From contig CAYZYX010000014.1 of NCBI GenBank assembly GCA_964482715.1, positions 1 to 39,165 on the forward strand: a stretch of 39,165 bases of DNA. The letters run 5' to 3'. The stretch's first letter is position 1; each line of letters begins with the position of its first letter. The notes beneath the pieces were generated by a model, which did no database searches, was not told the DNA's origin, and worked only from the letters and a program-made list of their open reading frames with translations. Shown here piece after piece: positions 27,947 to 35,558 of the stretch. Made by a program: the position numbers and the translations under genes. This stretch comes from an uncultured Clostridia bacterium. GTDB taxonomy: Bacteria > Aerophobota > Aerophobia > Aerophobales > B3-G15.

Positions 27947-29017
27947 TTAATTTCTTATTACCCTTTCAATCCATCCCCCTCCAAGAACGACATCTTCCCT
28001 GTAAAACACGGCAGCCTGACCAGGAGTAATGGCCCATTGAGGCTGAAAAAAATCTACCCTGCATCTTTTCTCTTCCAGAGGGTAAACTACAGCTTCAGAC
28101 TCAGGATGCTGATATCTTATCTTTACCTTGCAGGTGATTTTCTCTTCTGGCTGCGAAATACTGACCCAGTTCACTCTGGACACCTCCATACTCCGGGAGT
28201 AAAGGTCCTCTCTTTCTCCCAGAATTATAGCACCATCTTTCTTCCTGATCTCCATCACGTAAAGAGGTTTCCTTCTTCCACCTCCCAGACCGCGTCTCTG
28301 TCCCACCGTAAAAAAGGGTATCCCCTTATGGGTTCCAATTAGCCGACCTTCTTTAGTTAGAAGAGGACCTGGTCGGGAAGAGTTGGGTATTCTCTGAATT
28401 AAAAAGTCATTATAACTTTTTTGCAGAATAAAGCAAACCTCCTGGCTTTGCTTTTTCTGGGAAACAGGCAGATTTAATCCATCTGCCAGCTTTTTAACTT
28501 CACTTTTGGTCCAGTCAGAAAGGGGAAAGATGGCATGGGCAAGCTGGTATTGAGAAAGAGAAAAAAGAAAATAAGACTGATCCTTTTCCCTGTCCTTGCC
28601 CTTTTTAAGGCAGTACCGTCCTTTTTTGTGGTCATAATTCACTTTAGTGTAATGTCCGGTGGCCACATATGAAGCACCCAGTTTTCTGGCTTTTTTTAAA
28701 AGTACTCCGAATTTGATTTTCTCATTACAAACAACACAGGGATTAGGAGTGCGGGCATTGATGTACTCTTCACAGAAATACTCCACCACCTCCTTTTCAA
28801 ACTCATTTACCAGGTTGACAACATAAAAAGGGATGGACAAAATCCGGGCAACCCGTCGAGCATCCTCAATGTTTTCCGGACTGCAATACCTGCTTCCATC
28901 CTGCCAGAGTTTCATGCTTATACCAATCACCTCATAACCCTGCTGGATCAGAAGGTAGGCGGCAACTGAGCTATCTACCCCACCACTCATGGCTACCACT
29001 ACCTTTTCTCTCCTCAA
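27947..29017 (-). CDS. mnmA: tRNA 2-thiouridine(34) synthase MnmA (CxxC type)
   Basis: SGGVDS, TPNPCVVCN, ATGHY, KDQSYFL, SQEVCF and AITPGQAAVFY motifs. Confidence 0.97.
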   Translation of the reverse strand: MRREKVVVAMSGGVDSSVAAYLLIQQGYEVIGISMKLWQDGSRYCSPENIEDARRVARILSIPFYVVNLVNEFEKEVVEYFCEEYINARTPNPCVVCNEKIKFGVLLKKARKLGASYVATGHYTKVNYDHKKGRYCLKKGKDREKDQSYFLFSLSQYQLAHAIFPLSDWTKSEVKKLADGLNLPVSQKKQSQEVCFILQKSYNDFLIQRIPNSSRPGPLLTKEGRLIGTHKGIPFFTVGQRRGLGGGRRKPLYVMEIRKKDGAIILGEREDLYSRSMEVSRVNWVSISQPEEKITCKVKIRYQHPESEAVVYPLEEKRCRVDFFQPQWAITPGQAAVFYREDVVLGGGWIERVIRN

Positions 29018-29042
29018 AGAGCCTCTCCTATGTAAGGTAAAA

Positions 29043-29447
29043 TTAAAAACATATCTCTATGGCTCTATAAGGACAGGCCTGAACACAAACTCCACAGGCA
29101 ATACACTTTTCACTGTTAAAGGAAACGGTTCTCTCCTTTCTTTCCACTTCAAAAGCACCTACCGGACAAAGAGGAACACAAACTGTACAGTGGTTACATC
29201 TTTCGGGATTCCATCTTATTTCTTCAATTAAAGGATCTACCTTTACACCGACATTTACAAGATAATTTATGCCCCTGTTTATAGCATCCCTGTCTCCACT
29301 AACCTCAAGATCCAGTCTTCCCTCTTCATAAGGGGTTATTTTGGCCTTTATAATGTTTACCACGATATCGTAATCCTTAATCAACCGATAGGTTATTGGC
29401 TCGCTGACCAGTTCTTTGGGAAAAGTTAAAGCCAGTTTTTTCTTCAT
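29043..29447 (-). CDS. NIL-domain 2x[4Fe-4S] ferredoxin
   Basis: N-terminal NIL domain (L.FP...EPITY.L...YD..VNI.KA) plus CNHCTVCVPLCP and CIACGVCVQACP. Confidence 0.9.
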   Translation of the reverse strand: MKKKLALTFPKELVSEPITYRLIKDYDIVVNIIKAKITPYEEGRLDLEVSGDRDAINRGINYLVNVGVKVDPLIEEIRWNPERCNHCTVCVPLCPVGAFEVERKERTVSFNSEKCIACGVCVQACPYRAIEICF

Positions 29448-29459
29448 CAAATCCTCCCC

Positions 29460-29915
29460 CTATCTATAAAACGTGAATTCATGTTTAAATTCATCTAAAC
29501 CTCCTTTTGACCATTCACAAAGATCCTTAAGGGTCGTATTCTCCAGAATCTCCTTTATTTTATCACCCATTTTTTTCCAGAGAAGGCGCACCACACAATT
29601 TTCTGCCTGTTCGCATTGATTTTCCTCAAATTCATCCACACAGAAAACGGGATTTACATTTTCTCCAAGAACACGAAGGATGTTGATTATTTTTATCTCC
29701 TCCGGCTTCCGTGCTAGAAGAAATCCTCCTCCCGGACCCTTCACGCTGTAAACAAGTCTTGCCCTGCCAAGTCTGTTCAATATCTGCTCCAGATAGGCAA
29801 GAGATATGTTCTGCTCTCTGGCTATTTTCTTAACCGGGACAGGATAAGAACCGTAGTTTTTGGCCAGCTCGAACATAGCTCTCACTCCATATCTTGCTCG
29901 TGTTGACAATCTCAT
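29460..29915 (-). CDS. Rrf2-family transcriptional regulator (IscR-like, three Cys)
   Basis: MRLSTRARYG.RAM, YLEQI, S.KGPGGGF.L and C-x8-C-x5-C motifs. Confidence 0.93.
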   Translation of the reverse strand: MRLSTRARYGVRAMFELAKNYGSYPVPVKKIAREQNISLAYLEQILNRLGRARLVYSVKGPGGGFLLARKPEEIKIINILRVLGENVNPVFCVDEFEENQCEQAENCVVRLLWKKMGDKIKEILENTTLKDLCEWSKGGLDEFKHEFTFYR

Positions 29916-29940
29916 TTAGTCGCCTCCACTATTAAAATCT

Positions 29941-29967
29941 ATAAACATTATCAATTCAGTCAAGTAT
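29941..29967 (-). promoter_or_regulatory. Putative Rrf2/IscR-type operator overlapping the -35 of the rrf2 operon
   Basis: Minus strand ATACTTGACTGAATTGATAATGTTTAT; the left half matches the IscR type-1 half-site ATASYYGACT. Confidence 0.5.
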
Positions 29968-30099
29968 TTTCTTCTTTAAACCCTTCTTTTTTGACCAAAC
30001 CTTAGATATTTTATTTAACAATAACCCGGCTATCAGTCAATAGGTTTTGAGTCTAAAGTTGGGATACTTGACAAATACAATGTGTTTAATAGAAAAGGA

Positions 30100-30795
30100 A
30101 TGATGGATAAAAATAAAATATGTTTTCTGGTTGAAGCTGGATTAGTAGATTACCGGAAGGCGCTTGAAGTGCAAAAAAAGACCCATCTCGCCAAAAAGTG
30201 TGGAAAAATAAAGGAGGATGTTCTCTTCGTTCTGGAACATCCGCCAACTATTACCATTGGCAGAAAAGGCTCCATAAAAGAGATTCTGGCTGATGAAATT
30301 AAACTAAAAAAAGAGGGGATTTCTGTTTACCACATCGGAAGAGGAGGAAAAGTTACCTATCATGGCCCGGGTCAATTGGTGGGTTATCCTGTACTTGATC
30401 TGACCGATTACGGGAAAGATCTCCATCTTTATCTCAGAAATCTGGAAGAGGTAATTATAGAAACTCTCAGAGATTTTTCGGTTCCTGCCGGAAGGAGAAA
30501 AGGTCTTACCGGAGTATGGGTTGATAGCTACAAAATAGCTTCTATAGGGATAGAAATAAAAAACTGGATAAGTTTACACGGATTTGCGCTAAATATAAAT
30601 TGTAACCTCAATCATTTTACTTTAATTAATCCCTGCGGAATGCATCCCTCAGCTATAACCTCACTGGAAAAAATTCTGGGATACTCTCCCCCCCTGGAAG
30701 AGGTCATTTCCCGTTTGACCTCTCACTTTGCCCGGGTATTTTCAGTATCCTTTCTCCCGGAAAGACTTGATAAATTTCAGGAAAAAATCGGGTAA
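30100..30795 (+). CDS. lipB: Lipoyl(octanoyl) transferase LipB
   Basis: LEHPPTITIG, RGGKVTYHGPGQLVGYP, KIASIG, HGFALN and INPCG motifs. Exact start uncertain (30082-30103). Confidence 0.95.
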   Translation: MMDKNKICFLVEAGLVDYRKALEVQKKTHLAKKCGKIKEDVLFVLEHPPTITIGRKGSIKEILADEIKLKKEGISVYHIGRGGKVTYHGPGQLVGYPVLDLTDYGKDLHLYLRNLEEVIIETLRDFSVPAGRRKGLTGVWVDSYKIASIGIEIKNWISLHGFALNINCNLNHFTLINPCGMHPSAITSLEKILGYSPPLEEVISRLTSHFARVFSVSFLPERLDKFQEKIG

Positions 30796-30811
30796 GGTGA
30801 TTCTTTTAAAA

Positions 30812-31222
30812 TTATTCTTTATGGATCTGGAGTTTTATTTTCTTAAATTTTTTGGCTTCTTTTTCCAGGTATTCCTTTATCTTCTGTTCTTCGGGAGGAG
30901 GAGGCATAATTTCCCTGATGCAATGAACCAGCTTTTTTCTTAAACTGGCATCAGTTACGTTATTCTCAATAAACTTCACTATTCTCTGCTCCAAAGGTGA
31001 ACCCAGCATGTAAAAGTGCACACTTCCGTCATCACTGGGTCCAATACTGGCATAAAGTTCAGCCACAGGGTGAAATTCCTCCGCTTCATAGATCAAATAA
31101 TGAGGCTCATTGTAGTCATTTGGTCTTTTTCTCAGATGAATCCCAACCTCCTGAAAATCTTTAATTAACTGCTCAAATTCCCTGATAACTTCCTCTCTTT
31201 CCTTCACTCTTTTATTCAACAT
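30812..31222 (-). CDS. Hypothetical protein
   Basis: 136-aa ORF with a GGAG RBS and natural-looking composition; no motif recognised. Confidence 0.7.
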   Translation of the reverse strand: MLNKRVKEREEVIREFEQLIKDFQEVGIHLRKRPNDYNEPHYLIYEAEEFHPVAELYASIGPSDDGSVHFYMLGSPLEQRIVKFIENNVTDASLRKKLVHCIREIMPPPPEEQKIKEYLEKEAKKFKKIKLQIHKE

Positions 31223-31320
31223 TTTTGCTTCTCCCGGTCCAAAATAAAGATTAAATTTAATCTACATTTTAAGCATAATTAACGGCAAAAAATTGTCAAA
31301 TTTCCCGGTCCCTGAAATTA

Positions 31321-31659
31321 CTATCCAAAAATTCTTCCTGGTTTAATGAGCAGCGATACCATTTTTAATCTTTTCAGAATCCTCTCACTTTTAAACAGGT
31401 AGATTGGCGTATCTTTTACTGTTTTCTTTGAAACATCCTCCCTGCTCATGAAGGGACGGGGTCCAACTTCTGTTATTCATATGGGTTTTTTCAATCCGGG
31501 CATATTATTTTTGCCATCTCCATCATATCTTTCAACAAGAGCCTTAACAAATTTTTTACAGGCTTGCATGTCATGGGGCTTATACCTGCCTATACTCCCC
31601 CACTTTTCCTGATCCCATTCTGCATAAGGCCAGATAGTGGCAAGAATGTTAAGGCTCGT
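31321..31659 (-). pseudogene. Remnant of a clan GH-A glycoside hydrolase-like gene
   Basis: Reading the frame through one TGA gives LNILATIWPYAEWDQ...KFVKALVERYDGDGKNNMPGLKKPI*ITEVG...DTPIYL. The TGA is at 31477-31479 and there is no evident start for the N-terminal part. Confidence 0.7.
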
Positions 31660-31752
31660 TTACTAAGAGGATTTGAAATTAAATTGAAATTCTGTTATAT
31701 TAAATATAAATTCTCGGAATTAATTTTTTAAAAACTTCTTAGTTTACCAGAG

Positions 31753-32298
31753 ATGGTAAACTACATACCCTGGAGACTTATAAGAAGCTGGAAGTGTCTT
31801 GCCTGTGGAAGATGCTGTAAGAAATACCGGGTAAACCTGACATGGGAGGAATACGAGAAAATTGCCAGATACTGGCCTCAGGAAGTAAAAAGGACAGGAG
31901 ATGGTTTTTATCTAAAAAGAAGACCTGATGGGGGATGTAGATTTCTGTGGGGAAAACTCTGTTACCTGCAGATATTAAACATTAAACCTCTGGCCTGCAA
32001 ATTATGGCCTTTTATGATCCTGACCAGACCGGACAAAATGGACATAAACTTTGAGGGGCTTTATCAATTTAAAAACAAAGAGTATTTTGTCTATCTTAAT
32101 CCTAAGTGCTCAGGGATAAATAAGGGGGATCCTCTAAACTTAAAAAAAGTAATAGAAGAGGTAATAAATTTATGGCTGGGCCTGAAAAAAAATCAGTATT
32201 ACTCAACCAATAGAGAATCTCTCTTATCTACTCTGGTTGTATCTCAAGAATATAAAGAATACAAAATTGAAAATAGATTTTCGTTCAAGAAAAAATGA
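31753..32298 (+). CDS. YkgJ-family CxxCxxCC cysteine-cluster protein
   Basis: CLACGRCC, GCRFL, LC and KPLACKLWPF motifs. Confidence 0.88.
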   Translation: MVNYIPWRLIRSWKCLACGRCCKKYRVNLTWEEYEKIARYWPQEVKRTGDGFYLKRRPDGGCRFLWGKLCYLQILNIKPLACKLWPFMILTRPDKMDINFEGLYQFKNKEYFVYLNPKCSGINKGDPLNLKKVIEEVINLWLGLKKNQYYSTNRESLLSTLVVSQEYKEYKIENRFSFKKK

Positions 32299-33323
32299 TG
32301 GAAGTTTCCTCTTTTAAAAGTAAAAGCCATCTTTTTGAAAGTAAAAACCAGTACACTGGACTGAATCCTCTGCAAGCTCTTGAAAACATTAAAATAAGAT
32401 GCCAGCAGAGAAAGCAGAAGAAAAAATCCAATTTAAAAACTGCCCTGGTCCTCCAAGGTGGAGGTATGCGAGGAGTATTTGGAGCAGGTGTATGTTGTGC
32501 TCTGGAAGAGTTAGGTTACACCGAAGGGTTTGACCAGATTTATGGAGTTTCCGCTGGAGCTTTAAATGCTGCTTACTTTCTTTCCGGACAGGCAGCTTTT
32601 GGAACCACCATTTACTATCAAAATATAAATAACAGAAGGTTCATCAATTTGTTTCGCTGGAAAAAAATAGTTGACATTGATTTTTTGATGAAAATCGTAA
32701 CAAAGGAAAAACCTCTCAATATAGAGAAGCTCTTATCTTCCTCTACTACTCTTAACATTGTCTTAACCTGTGTGGCATCTGGAAAACCGGTAATTTTTAA
32801 CCATAAAGATGCAGGCAAGGATATTTTAAAAATTCTTAAAGGAACTGCTGCTTTGCCCTTCCTGTATGATATCCCTGTAGAAATTGATGGGAGAAAATTT
32901 CTCGATGGAGGTATATCCTGTCCCATCCCTGTTGTAGAGACTATTGAAGATGGCTGCACCGATATCTTTGTAGTCTTGACAAGACATGAATATTACCAGC
33001 CTTCCCCACCCAGGGGAATCTGGGAGAATTTTCTGGTAAAACCTGTTATTAAAAAACATGGAGAGAATTTGTACAACCTCTATACCACTTCCTACCACAA
33101 CTACAAAGAAAGAATGCTTATTGCCACAGGCAAAAAACTATACGGAGAGAGGAAGGTTAACATTATTACTATTTTTCCCGATCCAGAAATTGGAATTACC
33201 AGGTTAACCAAAAACAAAGATACATTAAAAAAAGCAGCTACGGATGGGGCAATAAAAACATTTAATCTTTTTGGAGTAAAAAATATCCATCCAGCAGAGG
33301 TTTTAAAGTTCTTAAATTACTAA
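32295..33323 (+). CDS. Patatin-like phospholipase
   Basis: QGGGMRG oxyanion loop, GVSAG nucleophile and DGG catalytic Asp. Confidence 0.92.
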   Translation: MMEVSSFKSKSHLFESKNQYTGLNPLQALENIKIRCQQRKQKKKSNLKTALVLQGGGMRGVFGAGVCCALEELGYTEGFDQIYGVSAGALNAAYFLSGQAAFGTTIYYQNINNRRFINLFRWKKIVDIDFLMKIVTKEKPLNIEKLLSSSTTLNIVLTCVASGKPVIFNHKDAGKDILKILKGTAALPFLYDIPVEIDGRKFLDGGISCPIPVVETIEDGCTDIFVVLTRHEYYQPSPPRGIWENFLVKPVIKKHGENLYNLYTTSYHNYKERMLIATGKKLYGERKVNIITIFPDPEIGITRLTKNKDTLKKAATDGAIKTFNLFGVKNIHPAEVLKFLNY

Positions 33324-33411
33324 AATATTTTTTAATTTGACTACAGTACCCCGGGAGCCTGTATAAGAGAAAAGGAGTTAACTAAACTTCCTAAATTTCA
33401 GACCCAGACAC

Positions 33412-33440
33412 TTGACATGAAAAAAAAGACAGGATATAAT
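33412..33440 (+). promoter_or_regulatory. Perfect-consensus sigma70 promoter
   Basis: TTGACA (33412-33417)-N17-TATAAT (33435-33440). Confidence 0.88.
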
Positions 33441-33809
33441 GCGTCCAGTCAGAGAAAAACAGTTGGAAAGGAAACGGATCTGATACTGGTAAGGAAGCAG
33501 GCAAGGAAAGTCGGATAAAATCCTGGTCGGAGAGAGAAATGGTGTGGATTTCATACTCTGTCTGGGCAAAACACAGGCTTGAGAAAATAAGGGTATACTT
33601 CAGTATCCTCCAGCCCTACATTGGTAGATGTAGACCCCTTATTCCAGTAACAGTGTCCCATCTTCTAACGCTATTAAGCACAACGGCAAAACAATGACAA
33701 AAAAGAGATGGCATTTTAGCCAATGAGAGATAAAAAAATGTCTCCTTTACCGTTTTCCCGTTTCTATAAGGAAAGTAATTTAAAATAATTTAAGGGTAGG
33801 AGCTATCAT

Positions 33810-33986
33810 ATGTATCATATGCACCTTTCCAAAACACAGCGTTGTATTAAAAATGGTGTCTCACAAGAGTTAATGGATCTGATAGCCAACAGACTTAAGG
33901 GAAAGGAGTATGGGTACCTTAAGATAATCATCCAAGATGCTCATGTGTTTGCCATAGAGGAAAACGAAAGGAAACTTCTCACATAA
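33810..33986 (+). CDS. Small DUF2292/YezD-like protein (58 aa, not in the ORF track)
   Basis: AGGAG RBS 7 nt before the ATG; MYHMHLSKTQRCIKNGVSQELMDLIANRLKGKEYGYLKIIIQDAHVFAIEENERKLLT carries the YG-x-L-x-I-x-IQD-x-x-V-x-x-IE pattern. Confidence 0.7.
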   Translation: MYHMHLSKTQRCIKNGVSQELMDLIANRLKGKEYGYLKIIIQDAHVFAIEENERKLLT

Positions 33987-34003
33987 AGTACGATATCCAA
34001 AGG

Positions 34004-34705
34004 ATGTTCCACAATAAGGGATTCACCTTAGTTGAGCTTATAGTAACCATATTTATTATTGTTGTTGCCCTGTTGGGTACGCTCGCCCTCTCACTTAAAA
34101 CAACTTCTCTGGTACAGGAGACAGAAAAAGTAGCCCGTGCCGATGAATACATAGCCGGGCAAATGGACTACATAAGGTCAACTGGTGTTGCAAGTGCCAA
34201 TACTGAAATAACTGTTTCAATTAGCAGCTTTTCTGTATCTGGCACCTACAGGTTTGGTAGTATGTAGATCTCCTCTAACAAGGTGCTGGAAATAACGGCA
34301 ACCGATGCACCGGTGATTATCTACATAGATGGGAATGTAAATATTAATGGAGAAGTCCGAATAGCATCAGGTTCTACCGTCACTCTCTATGTCAGTGGAA
34401 ACACAAGTATAGCAGGACGGGGAATAGTTAATGAAAGTGGAGATCCTTCAAAGTTTGTCCTCTATGGATACAGCAAATGCGATTTCACCAGCGAAAATAT
34501 CAATTTTTATGGGGCTGTTTATGCACCTGAGATAAGTATTAAGGTTACAGGTGGCCTGATTCAGGGCTGTCTTGTGGGAAATACCGTTTCAGTTGGTGGA
34601 GGAGGTGAAGTCCGCTATGACCCAAGGGTAAAGAATATCCACATTCCATATGTTCCAAAGTTTGTATTTGCTCCCGGCTCCTGGGAAGAAATTAAAAACT
34701 TTTAA
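34004..34705 (+). pseudogene. Type IV prepilin-like gene interrupted by one in-frame TAG, joined to a Gly/Asn-rich beta-rich (PilX-tail-like) C-terminus
   Basis: KG|FTLVEL class III signal. ORFs 34004-34267 and 34283-34705 are in the same frame: ...GTYRFGSM*ISSNKVLEITAT...FYGAVYAP...YDP...GSWEEI. Confidence 0.7.
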
Positions 34706-34762
34706 TTTTTAAATCTTATTTAAAGCTCAGTTTAGAAAAAAGCTTTTTAGAGAGGAAAGAAG

Positions 34763-35476
34763 ATGGAGGAAAAAGAGAAAAAAGAAAAGCTTTTGAAGGA
34801 GTTTGTAAGTTTACGTCAGGAAGTTACCAGGCTAAAGAAAAAAGAAACCGAACACAGAAAAATCCAGAAGATGCTTAATGAAAATATCGAGAAGATGCGA
34901 AAGACCTTAAGAGCAATGATCAACACCCTTATCTTTCTGGTTGAAGAAAAAGATCCTTACACAGCGGGTCACCAAAAAAAGGTAGCCAAACTTTCCTGTG
35001 CCATAGCAAGAGAGATGGGACTTTCAGAAGAGAGCATAAATACCCTTGAACTGGCAGCAACCATCCATGATATAGGCAAGGTGAATATTCCCTTTGAGAT
35101 ACTGAACAAACCTGACCGATTAACCAGAGCCCAATTTGGAATGGTTAAAACTCACTCCCAAACAGGCTACAGTATTGTAAAGTCCATGAATTTTCCCTCA
35201 CCAGTGGCCGATATTATTCTCCAGCACCACGAAAGAATTGATGGTTCTGGATATCCCCAGGGACTTGCAGGTGATGATATCATGATAGAGGCAAGAATTC
35301 TGGGTGTGGCTGATGTTATTGAAGCTATGTCTTCCCGGAGAGCTTACCGACCCGCCCACAGTATAGATGACTGCCTGGAGGAGATCTGGCAAAAAAGGAA
35401 CATTTCTTATGACCAGGATGCGGCAGATATATGCATGGATCTTTTCACCAGAAAAGACTTCAATTTCACCGAATGA
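34763..35476 (+). CDS. HD-GYP domain protein (putative cyclic dinucleotide phosphodiesterase)
   Basis: DPYTAGHQ, HDIGK, HHERIDGSGYP and VADVIEAMSS.R.YR motifs. Confidence 0.93.
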   Translation: MEEKEKKEKLLKEFVSLRQEVTRLKKKETEHRKIQKMLNENIEKMRKTLRAMINTLIFLVEEKDPYTAGHQKKVAKLSCAIAREMGLSEESINTLELAATIHDIGKVNIPFEILNKPDRLTRAQFGMVKTHSQTGYSIVKSMNFPSPVADIILQHHERIDGSGYPQGLAGDDIMIEARILGVADVIEAMSSRRAYRPAHSIDDCLEEIWQKRNISYDQDAADICMDLFTRKDFNFTE

Positions 35477-35558
35477 AAAAATCAGCTAAAAAGCTCCATT
35501 TTTTCTTTTTTTGAATACACACCAAAGGCTTTTTAATAAAGCGAAAAGAGAAAATTCC

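Noticed and set aside
564-29231. Many 60-230 aa ORFs antisense to or overlapping recognised genes (e.g. 4609-5001, 14253-14708, 25275-25778, 27647-28342)
   Set aside because: They are shadows of well-supported genes on the other strand and have no recognisable motifs.
33495-33585. Resemblance to RNase P RNA (AGGAAAGTC...AACACAGGCTT) or to a c-di-GMP-I riboswitch (GCAAAACAC)
   Set aside because: The motifs are too close together and lack P4 complementarity for RNase P, and no GNRA-capped stem plus receptor stem typical of c-di-GMP-I could be built. The region is kept only as an unnamed RNA candidate.
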